From: a virus
Lineage: Duplodnaviria; Heunggongvirae; Uroviricota; Caudoviricetes
Virus record (IMG/VR): IMGVR_UViG_2671180636_000007
DNA: 10,092 bases
Direction: 5' to 3' (one strand)
Both the position numbers and the translations under genes were made by a program. The notes beneath the pieces are model-generated. The model was not told the origin of the DNA. It saw nothing but the letters and a program-made list of their open reading frames with translations, and searched no databases. Every line of letters begins with the position of its first letter. Position 1 is the stretch's first letter. This document shows positions 1 through 6,801 of this stretch, one piece after another.

Positions 1-17
1 AAGTTGGAGTCATTACC
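1..17 (+). mobile_element. IS1 right terminus (last 17 nt including the right inverted repeat); the rest of this copy lies upstream of the window
   Basis: Seen: 'aagttggagtcattacc' at 1-17. From memory this is identical to the 3' terminal 17 nt of IS1 (...ATCAATAAGTTGGAGTCATTACC). Not verified by alignment. Confidence 0.8.
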
Positions 18-2073
18 AAACGGTTGAAATGTATGCCGCTACTTACGGGTCCTGTAATCCTCTGAATAAACCAGAGGGAAAAGATCTCAANNNNNNNNNN
101 NNNNNNNNNNNNNNNNNNNNNNNNNNNNNNNNNNNNNNNNNNNNNNNNNNNNNNNNNNNNNNNNNNNNNNNNNNNNNNNNNNNNNNNNNNNNNNNNNNNN
201 NNNNNNNNNNNNNNNNNNNNNNNNNNNNNNNNNNNNNNNNNNNNNNNNNNNNNNNNNNNNNNNNNNNNNNNNNNNNNNNNNNNNNNNNNNNNNNNNNNNN
301 NNNNNNNNNNNNNNNNNNNNNNNNNNNNNNNNNNNNNNNNNNNNNNNNNNNNNNNNNNNNNNNNNNNNNNNNNNNNNNNNNNNNNNNNNNNNNNNNNNNN
401 NNNNNNNNNNNNNNNNNNNNNNNNNNNNNNNNNNNNNNNNNNNNNNNNNNNNNNNNNNNNNNNNNNNNNNNNNNNNNNNNNNNNNNNNNNNNNNNNNNNN
501 NNNNNNNNNNNNNNNNNNNNNNNNNNNNNNNNNNNNNNNNNNNNNNNCACTGTCTGGTNNNNNNNNNNNNNNNNNNNNNNNNNNNNNNNNNNNNNNNNNN
601 NNNNNNNNNNNNNNNNNNNNNNNNNNNNNNNNNNNNNNNNNNNNNNNNNNNNNNNNNNNNNNNNNNNNNNNNNNNNNNNNNNNNNNNNNNNNNNNNNNNN
701 NNNNNNNNNNNNNNNNNNNNNNNNNNNNNNNNNNNNNNNNNNNNNNNNNNNNNNNNNNNNNNNNNNNNNNNNNNNNNNNNNNNNNNNNNNNNNNNNNNNN
801 NNNNNNNNNNNNNNNNNNNNNNNNNNNNNNNNNNNNNNNNNNNNNNNNNNNNNNNNNNNNNNNNNNNNNNNNNNNNNNNNNNNNNNNNNNNNNNNNNNNN
901 NNNNNNNNNNNNNNNNNNNNNNNNNNNNNNNNNNNNNNNNNNNNNNNNNNNNNNNNNNNNNNNNNNNNNNNNNNNNNNNNNNNNNNNNNNNNNNNNNNNN
1001 NNNNNNNNNNNNNNNNNNNNNNNNNNNNNNNNNNNNNNNNNNNNNNNNNNNNNNNNNNNNNNNNNNNNNNNNNNNNNNNNNNNNNNNNNNNNNNNNNNNN
1101 NNNNNNNNNNNNNNNNNNNNNNNNNNNNNNNNNNNNNNNNNNNNNNNNNNNNNNNNNNNNNNNNNNNNNNNNNNNNNNNNNNNNNNNNNNNNNNNNNNNN
1201 NNNNNGCTTGCTGCTACTTTGNNNNNNNNNNNNNNNNNNNNNNNNNNNNNNNNNNNNNNNNNNNNNNNNNNNNNNNNNNNNNNNNNNNNNNNNNNNNNNN
1301 NNNNNNNNNNNNNNNNNNNNNNNNNNNNNNNNNNNNNNNNNNNNNNNNNNNNNNNNNNNNNNNNNNNNNNNNNNNNNNNNNNNNNNNNNNNNNNNNNNNN
1401 NNNNNNNNNNNNNNNNNNNNNNNNNNNNNNNNNNNNNNNNNNNNNNNNNNNNNNNNNNNNNNNNNNNNNNNNNNNNNNNNNNNNNNNNNNNNNNNNNNNN
1501 NNNNNNNNNNNNNNNNNNNNNNNNNNNNNNNNNNNNNNNNNNNNNNNNNNNNNNNNNNNNNNNNNNNNNNNNNNNNNNNNNNNNNNNNNNNNNNNNNNNN
1601 NNNNNNNNNNNNNNNNNNNNNNNNNNNNNNNNNNNNNNNNNNNNNNNNNNNNNNNNNNNNNNNNNNNNNNNNNNNNNNNNNNNNNNNNNNNNNNNNNNNN
1701 NNNNNNNNNNNNNNNNNNNNNNNNNNNNNNNNNNNNNNNNNNNNNNNNNNNNNNNNNNNNNNNNNNNNNNNNNNNNNNNNNNNNNNNNNNNNNNNNNNNN
1801 NNNNNNNNNNNNNNNNNNNNNNNNNNNNNNNNNNNNNNNNNNNNNNNNNNNNNNNNNNNNNNNNNNNNNNNNNNNNNNNNNNNNNNNNNNNNNNNNNNNN
1901 NNNNNNNNNNNNNNNNNNNNNNNNNNNNNNNNNNNNNNNNNNNNNNNNNNNNNNNNNNNNNNNNNNNNNNNNNNNNNNNNNNNNNNNNNNNNNNNNNNNN
2001 NNNNNNNNNNNNNNNNNNNNNNNNNNNNNNNNNNNNNNNNNNNNNNNNNNNNNNNNNNNNNATAGGGCGGATT

Positions 2074-2359
2074 ATGAATCTTGGAGAATATTTGCATCAT
2101 TTTCATATAACCCAGAGTTCATTTGCTGAGATTGTTGGCGCATCCCAAGGGATGGTCAGCNNNNNNNNNNNNNNNNNNNNNNNNNNNNNNNNNNNNNNNN
2201 NNNNAACTTACAGGAGAAAAAATATTACGTTGGTGTGAAGCAACGGGATGGGTGGTGACCCCACATGAGATTGACAGTAAAACCTACCCCAACCCAACTG
2301 ACGGCTTGCCTGCTGAGTTTCAGGCTAACACACAACCATCGGCGGGGGTTGATTCATGA
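2074..2359 (+). CDS. Cro/YdaS-like HTH DNA-binding regulator, with an apparent reading-frame discontinuity inside the 44-nt masked block 2161-2204
   Basis: ATG at 2074 preceded by AGGGCGG (2064-2070). The N-terminal 29 aa MNLGEYLHHFHITQSSFAEIVGASQGMVS has an XRE/Cro-type helix-turn-helix signature (SQSSFAEIVGxSQGMVS pattern). After the mask the protein-like reading (LTGEKILRWCEATGWVVTPHEID...) is in the next frame and ends with TGA at 2357-2359, overlapping the downstream ATG at 2356 (ATGA coupling). The original frame stops at 2236-2238. The total would be about 95 aa if continuous. Confidence 0.55.
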
Positions 2360-2781
2360 AAATCAAGCATGAACACATCCGCATGGCGATGAAAGCCTGG
2401 GCGCATCCGGACGGTGAAAAAGTTCCGGCAGCTGAAATAACCAGGGTTTATTTCGAACTGGGAATGACGTTTCCGGTTCTGCATAACGACAGCAAGCACA
2501 ACACGCTTTATCTCAACACCCAAAAGATTTTCCGTTGGCTGGATAAAGACACCCCTGACGCTGTTGAAAAAATTCAGGCGTTGTTACCTGCGATCGAAAG
2601 GGCAATGCCACCTCCGCTGGTGGCTCGAATGCGCAGCCACAGTTCAGCTTATTTTCGGGAACTGGTGGAGACGCATGAACGACTGGTGAGAGACGCTGAT
2701 GATTTTGTCGCAGTGGCAATCGCCGGTTTCAATCAGATGAACCGTGGTGGCCCGGCAGGAAATGCTGTGGCAGTACATTGA
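2356..2781 (+). CDS. YdaT-like (CII-like) prophage regulatory protein, 141 aa; family assignment tentative
   Basis: Complete unmasked ORF with ATG 2356 and TGA 2779-2781. GGGGGT lies 6 nt upstream and the start overlaps the upstream stop in ATGA. It sits immediately after a Cro-like gene and before the replication genes, which is the YdaT position in Rac-type prophages. The N-terminus MKIKHEHI and the size match my recollection of the YdaT family, not a search. Confidence 0.7.
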   Translation: MKIKHEHIRMAMKAWAHPDGEKVPAAEITRVYFELGMTFPVLHNDSKHNTLYLNTQKIFRWLDKDTPDAVEKIQALLPAIERAMPPPLVARMRSHSSAYFRELVETHERLVRDADDFVAVAIAGFNQMNRGGPAGNAVAVH

Positions 2782-2852
2782 CTGACAATAGCCATATCGA
2801 ATCGCTCCCGGCAACTCGTGAGTAAAAAGATTCGGTATCAGAAGAGGTGAGT

Positions 2853-3749
2853 ATGGCTAACGCCTGGCTCAGATTATGGCATGACATGCCAAATGACCCT
2901 AAGTGGCGAACAATTGCCAGGGTGTCAGGGCAGCCAATTGCAACAGTGATGGCAGTGTATATCCACCTCCTGGTGAGCGCGTCACGAAATGTCACGCGAG
3001 GTCACATTGATGTCACGACAGAAGATTTGGCAAGTGCGCTCGACGTGACAGAAGAGGTAATTGATTCAATTTTGCAGACGATGCAGGGGCGGGTACTTGA
3101 TGGTGATTTAATCACTGGATGGGAAAAACGCCAGGTGCTTAAAGAGGACAACGGCAATATTTCGCAAACCGCAAAATCTCCTGCAGAGCGCAAGAGGGCG
3201 CAGCGAGAGAGGGAAAGAAAGCGGGAACAAAATGGCGATTGTCANNNNNNNNNNNNNNNNNNNNNNNNNNNNNNNNNNNNNNNNNNNNNNNNNNNNNNNN
3301 NNNNNNNNNNNNNNNNNNNNNNNNNNNNNNNNNNNNNNNNNNNNNNNNNNNNNNNNNNNNNNNNNNNNNNNNNNNNNNNNNNNNNNNNNNNNNNNNNNNN
3401 NNNNNNNNNNNNNNNNNNNNCCGGAAGCCGATTNNNNNNNNNNNNNNNNNNNNNNNNNNNNNNNNNNNNNNNNNNNNNNNNNNNNNNNNNNNNNNNNNNN
3501 NNNNNNNNNNNNNNNNNNNNNNNNNNNNNNNNNNNNNNNNNNNNNNNNNNNNNNNNNNNNNNNNNNNNNNNNNNNNNNNNNNNNNNNNNNNNNNNNNNNN
3601 NNNNNNNNNNNNNNNNNNNNNNNNNNNNNNNNNNNNNNNNNNNNNNNNNNNNNNNNNNNNNNNNNNNNNNNNNNNNNNNNNNNNNNNNNNNNNNNNNNNN
3701 NNNNNNNNNNNCGAGGGGGTGCCACCAGAGACCATGCTGGATGGTGTGA
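2853..3749 (+). CDS. Phage replisome organizer / replication initiator (O-like; replisome-organizer N-terminal domain family)
   Basis: ATG 2853 with AAGAGGT 5 nt upstream. The visible N-terminal 130 aa (MANAWLRLWHDMPNDPKWRTIARV...DLASALDVTEEVIDSILQTMQGRVLDGDLITGWEKRQ) fits the replisome-organizer N-terminal pattern W-x-K/R-L...DPK......E-D-L-A...L-x-V-x-E-E......G-L-I...W-E-K-R-Q. A basic, charged linker follows (ERKRAQRERERKREQ). The 3' end is uncertain: the frame passes through masked blocks 3244-3420 and 3434-3711 and stops at TGA 3747-3749. Confidence 0.7.
   Translation: MANAWLRLWHDMPNDPKWRTIARVSGQPIATVMAVYIHLLVSASRNVTRGHIDVTTEDLASALDVTEEVIDSILQTMQGRVLDGDLITGWEKRQVLKEDNGNISQTAKSPAERKRAQRERERKREQNGDCXXXXXXXXXXXXXXXXXXXXXXXXXXXXXXXXXXXXXXXXXXXXXXXXXXXXXXXXXXXXGSRXXXXXXXXXXXXXXXXXXXXXXXXXXXXXXXXXXXXXXXXXXXXXXXXXXXXXXXXXXXXXXXXXXXXXXXXXXXXXXXXXXXXXXXXXXXXXXRGCHQRPCWMV
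2981..3050. repeat. Iteron-like GTCAC(G) repeats inside the replisome-organizer gene; candidate replication origin
   Basis: Seen: GTCACG at 2981, GTCACG at 2991, GTCAC at 3001 and GTCACG at 3012 (10-11 bp phasing), plus an inverted copy CGTGACA at 3044-3050. GACAGAAGA is duplicated at 3017-3025 and 3046-3054. An AT-rich stretch 'gtaattgattcaattttg' follows at about 3057-3074. The repeats fall in all three codon positions, so they are not explained by amino-acid repetition alone. Confidence 0.45.
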
Positions 3750-4152
3750 GGCGTTACGCGAGATACCTGGCGGCGACCGGGAAAGCNNNNNNNNNNNNNN
3801 NNNNNNNNNNNNNNNNNNNNNNNNNNNNNNNNNNNNNNNNNNNNNNNNNNNNNNNNNNNNNNNNNNNNNNNNNNNNNNNNNNNNNNNNNNNNNNNNNNNN
3901 NNNNNNNNNNNNNNNNNNNNNNNNNNNNNNNNNNNNNNNNNNNNNNNNNNNNNNNNNNNNNNNNNNNNNNNNNNNNNNNNNNNNNNNNNNNNNNNNNNNN
4001 NNNNNNNNNNNNNNNNNNNNNNNNNNNNNNNNNNNNNNNNNNNNNNNNNNNNNNNNNNNNNNNNNNNNNNNNNNNNNNNNNNNNNNNNNNNNNNNNNNNN
4101 NNNNNNNNNNNNNNNNNNNNNNNNNNNNNNNNNNNNNNNNNNNNNNNNNNNN

Positions 4153-4890
4153 NNNNNNNNNNNNNNNNNNNNNNNNNNNNNNNNNNNNNNNNNNNNNNNN
4201 NNNNNNNNNNNNNNNNNNNNNNNNNNNNNNNNNNNNNNNNNNNNNNNNNNNNNNNNNNNNNNNNNNNNNNNNNNNNNNNNNNNNNNNNNNNNNNNNNNNN
4301 NNNNNNNNNNNNNNNNNNNNNNNNNNNNNNNNNNNNNNNNNNNNNNNNNNNNNNNNNNNNNNNNNNNNNNNNNNNNNNNNNNNNNNNNNNNNNNNNNNNN
4401 NNNNNNNNNNNNNNNNNNNNNNNNNNNNNNNNNNNNNNNNNNNNNNNNNNNNNNNNNNNNNNNNNNNNNNNNNNNNNNNNNNNNNNNNNNNNNNNNNNNN
4501 NNNNNNNNNNNNNNNNNNNNNNNNNNNNNNNNNNNNNNNNNNNNNNNNNNNNNNNNNNNNNNNNNNNNNNNNNNNNNNNNNNNNNNNNNNNNNNNNNNNN
4601 NNNNNNNNNNNNNNNNNNNNNNNNNNNNNNNNNNNNNNNNNNNNNNNNNNNNNNNNNNNNNNNNNNNNNNNNNNNCGAAAAACGAGCAGGTGGTATTGCA
4701 CCAGATAATTGATCGCCGGACAGCATCACTGTGCAGTGTCGGGATGTTAACAAACCTGAATCATGCCGCAATGAGCACGCTTCTTGGTGAGAGGATTATG
4801 GACCGCATGACCATGAACGGTTGTCGGTGGGTGACGTTTAACTGGGATAGCTGGCGTTCAAATGTCAGCTTTCCGGGAGTTGTGAAGTAA
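4153..4890 (+). CDS. DnaC-family replicative helicase loader (YdaV/P-like); only the C-terminal 71 codons (4676-4890) are visible and the start coordinate is an estimate
   Basis: The visible C-terminus KNEQVVLHQIIDRRTASLCSVGMLTNLNHAAMSTLLGERIMDRMTMNGCRWVTFNWDSWRSNVS matches, nearly motif for motif, the C-terminus of E. coli DnaC as I recall it (...QIVDRR...GMLTN.N.EEM.KLLGERVMDRM......VIFNWDSYRS.V). Stop TAA at 4888-4890. The start lies in masked block 3787-4675; 4153 is extrapolated from a DnaC-like length of about 245 aa. Confidence 0.6.
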   Translation, partial: XXXXXXXXXXXXXXXXXXXXXXXXXXXXXXXXXXXXXXXXXXXXXXXXXXXXXXXXXXXXXXXXXXXXXXXXXXXXXXXXXXXXXXXXXXXXXXXXXXXXXXXXXXXXXXXXXXXXXXXXXXXXXXXXXXXXXXXXXXXXXXXXXXXXXXXXXXXXXXXXXXXXXXXXXXXXXXXKNEQVVLHQIIDRRTASLCSVGMLTNLNHAAMSTLLGERIMDRMTMNGCRWVTFNWDSWRSNVSFPGVVK

Positions 4891-4911
4891 TTTTTGTTGG
4901 AGGATGTTTTA

Positions 4912-6183
4912 ATGGAAACTGTATTTGACGCACTGAAAGCACTGAAAAGAGCCTCTTCACATGTGGTGGCGTCCCGCCTTGGAATCAGCCGTGAAGATGC
5001 GGTCAACGAACTGTGGAAACTGAAGCGCCGTGGTGAAGCGGATAACAAGGGTTCGATGTGGTGGCTGATTCAGGCTGGTGAAAGTGAACCAGTGTCACCG
5101 GTACCGAAAGTGACAGCGCAAATGCTGACTGAGGCGATTGAACAACATGGCCCACAAACGGCGGATGAGCTGGCACTGATGTTCGGGATTACCTCNNNNN
5201 NNNNNNNNNNNNNNNNNNNNNNNNNNNNNNNNNNNNNNNNNNNNNNNNNNNNNNNNNNNNNNNNNNNNNNNNNNNNNNNNNNNNNNNNNNNNNNNNNNNN
5301 NNNNNNNNNNNNNNNNNNNNNNNNNNNNNNNNNNNNNNNNNAAGCCGCATCCATAGCGGAAACGGATGGTAAAGTNNNNNNNNNNNNNNNNNNNNNNNNN
5401 NNNNNNNNNNNNNNNNNNNNNNNNNNNNNNNNNNNNNNNNNNNNNNNNNNNNNNNNNNNNNNNNNNNNNNNNNNNNNNNNNNNNNNNNNNNNNNNNNNNN
5501 NNNNNNNNNNNNNNNNNNNNNNNNNNNNNNNNNNNNNNNNNNNNNNNNNNNNNNNNNNNNNNNNNNNNNNNNNNNNNNNNNNNNNNNNNNNNNNNNNNNN
5601 NNNNNNNNNNNNNNNNNNNNNNNNNNNNNNNNNNNNNNNNNNNNNNNNNNNNNNNNNNNNNNNNNNNNNNNNNNNNNNNNNNNNNNNNNNNNNNNNNNNN
5701 NNNNNNNNNNNNNNNNNNNNNNNNNNNNNNNNNNNNNNNNNNNNNNNNNNNNNNNNNNNNNNNNNNNNNNNNNNNNNNNNNNNNNNNNNNNNNNNNNNNN
5801 NNNNNNNNNNNNNNNNNNNNNNNNNNNNNNNNNNNNNNNNNNNNNNNNNNNNNNNNNNNNNNNNNNNNNNNNNNNNNNNNNNNNNNNNNNNNNNNNNNNN
5901 NNNNNNNNNNNNNNNNNNNNNNNNNNNNNNNNNNNNNNNNNNNNNNNNNNNNNNNNNNNNNCAGGCTCGTAAGGACTGGCAAAACGCCCGCAAAAAACTC
6001 TCGAGGGCAAAGCTGAAGAAACCATCTGTGGTTGATCCGGACCTTATCTGGTCATTACCGGACGGAGAAATACGCCGCTACGACAGACATCAGAACATAA
6101 TCTGTCGCGAGTGCCGGAAGAGTGAAGTTATGCAGCGTGTACCGGCTTTCTATCAGGGTGATTTTCAGGAGGCGGTACTGTGA
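4912..6183 (+). CDS. Uncharacterised protein with two tandem winged-helix-like segments at the N-terminus; the frame stays open across two masked blocks to TGA 6181-6183, so this may be one gene of about 423 aa or two genes
   Basis: ATG 4912 with a strong GGAGGA RBS (4898-4903) 21 nt after the DnaC-like stop. Visible N-terminus METVFDALKALKRASSHVVASRLGISREDAVNELWKLKRRGE...KVTAQMLTEAIEQHGPQTADELALMFGIT (two HTH-like units). Visible C-terminal part (5962-6183) ...QARKDWQNARKKLSRAKLKKPS...IICRECRKSEVMQRVPAFYQGDFQEAVL. Masked blocks 5196-5341 and 5376-5961 could hide a stop and a restart. Confidence 0.45.
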   Translation: METVFDALKALKRASSHVVASRLGISREDAVNELWKLKRRGEADNKGSMWWLIQAGESEPVSPVPKVTAQMLTEAIEQHGPQTADELALMFGITXXXXXXXXXXXXXXXXXXXXXXXXXXXXXXXXXXXXXXXXXXXXXXXXXXAASIAETDGKXXXXXXXXXXXXXXXXXXXXXXXXXXXXXXXXXXXXXXXXXXXXXXXXXXXXXXXXXXXXXXXXXXXXXXXXXXXXXXXXXXXXXXXXXXXXXXXXXXXXXXXXXXXXXXXXXXXXXXXXXXXXXXXXXXXXXXXXXXXXXXXXXXXXXXXXXXXXXXXXXXXXXXXXXXXXXXXXXXXXXXXXXXXXXXXXXXXXQARKDWQNARKKLSRAKLKKPSVVDPDLIWSLPDGEIRRYDRHQNIICRECRKSEVMQRVPAFYQGDFQEAVL

Positions 6184-6240
6184 GTGAAATTAGCTATCAG
6201 GCTTCAATTACCGCTGGCATTCGCATCAAAGGAGAGGAGC

Positions 6241-6597
6241 ATGGAAATAAAACCAGAAGATGAGTTAAGCAATATTGTTTTATTTCCGGTAAAAGAGGAT
6301 AACCCTCGTAATCAGGTTAATTTTCTTTATGAGCCATCGGAAAGACCATATTGCCATCACGCCTCTGTACGGGTTGACGAAAAAGAGCGTCAGGTCCGCT
6401 GTAAAATCTGCGGTGCGGTTGTGGAGCCGTTTGACTGGATGCTCTCTGTGGCAAAAAGAGAAACCAGACTGGCAGATGATGTAAGGCTCTTGCGCCAGGA
6501 GGAGCGGGAAAGGCGAAAAAATATAGAAAAGCTAATCCAGATTGAGCGTAATGCGAAAGCGCGGATACGCAGGGTGACAAAATATAGCCCCGAATAA
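6241..6597 (+). CDS. Small uncharacterised protein (118 aa) with a putative zinc-ribbon (C-H-H ... C-x2-C) and a charged coiled-coil C-terminal tail
   Basis: Fully unmasked ORF with ATG 6241 and an AAAGGAGAGGAG RBS directly upstream; stop TAA 6595-6597. Sequence MEIKPEDELSNIVLFPVKEDNPRNQVNFLYEPSERPYCHHASVRVDEKERQVRCKICGAVVEPFDWMLSVAKRETRLADDVRLLRQEERERRKNIEKLIQIERNAKARIRRVTKYSPE. I cannot assign a family from memory. Confidence 0.7.
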   Translation: MEIKPEDELSNIVLFPVKEDNPRNQVNFLYEPSERPYCHHASVRVDEKERQVRCKICGAVVEPFDWMLSVAKRETRLADDVRLLRQEERERRKNIEKLIQIERNAKARIRRVTKYSPE

Positions 6598-6729
6598 TCA
6601 AGGTTATTTCTGGAAGTCAAGTCGTGAGTGATGAGGACTAACAAATACGGTGAACTCGATAAAGAGATTCAGGACGAACTGGAGGCCAGGAATGATTGAC
6701 AAATCACCAAGTGAGTTCAGCTACAAAGA

Positions 6730-6745
6730 TTTATTGTCATAACGG
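6730..6745. repeat. Upstream copy of an imperfect direct repeat (TTTATTGTCAT-AACGG) flanking the restriction-modification cassette; the partner is at 10019-10035
   Basis: Seen: 'tttattgtcataacgg' at 6730-6745 versus 'tttattgtcatcaacgg' at 10019-10035. That is 11 identical nt plus 5 after a 1-nt indel, lying about 70 nt before the possible MTase start and about 110 nt after the REase stop. Statistical support is modest (AT-rich 11-mer). Confidence 0.3.
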
Positions 6746-6801
6746 GTTATGAGATCGACTTGGTGCGTGATATTCTTCGGGCCAGTTTGCTATGCGCCAC
6801 C

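Noticed and set aside
43-2106. 687-aa minus-strand ORF in the supplied track
   Set aside because: It is almost entirely N-derived X residues. Its apparent start (MKMMQIFSKIHNPPY) is simply the antisense of the Cro-like gene start at 2062-2106. Only the last 16 codons near 43-90 may be real (see finding).
2320-2995. Minus-strand ORFs 2320-2523, 2513-2719 and 2729-2995
   Set aside because: They are antisense to the fully visible, well-supported + strand genes (YdaT-like and replisome organizer), have no RBS, and give low-complexity, non-protein-like products.
3181-3186. CTGCAG (PstI-type) site inside the replisome-organizer gene as a clue to the system's specificity
   Set aside because: A single occurrence in about 4.9 kb of visible sequence is uninformative, and the actual specificity of the MTase and REase is unknown.
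3108-5993. Long ORFs on both strands running through masked blocks (3108-3735, 3139-3735, 3239-4708, 3242-4771, 3754-4701, 5070-5993, 5095-5982, 5189-6025, 5366-6016)
   Set aside because: They are open only because N is translated as X; the visible residues are not protein-like or are antisense to supported genes.
6317-6644. Minus-strand ORFs 6317-6601 and 6390-6644
   Set aside because: They are antisense to the well-supported zinc-ribbon gene 6241-6597, which has a strong RBS.
6695-6700. Perfect TTGACA hexamer upstream of the MTase as a -35 promoter element
   Set aside because: No acceptable -10 hexamer lies 16-18 nt downstream (agctac, cagcta, gctaca), so a sigma-70 promoter call is not supported.
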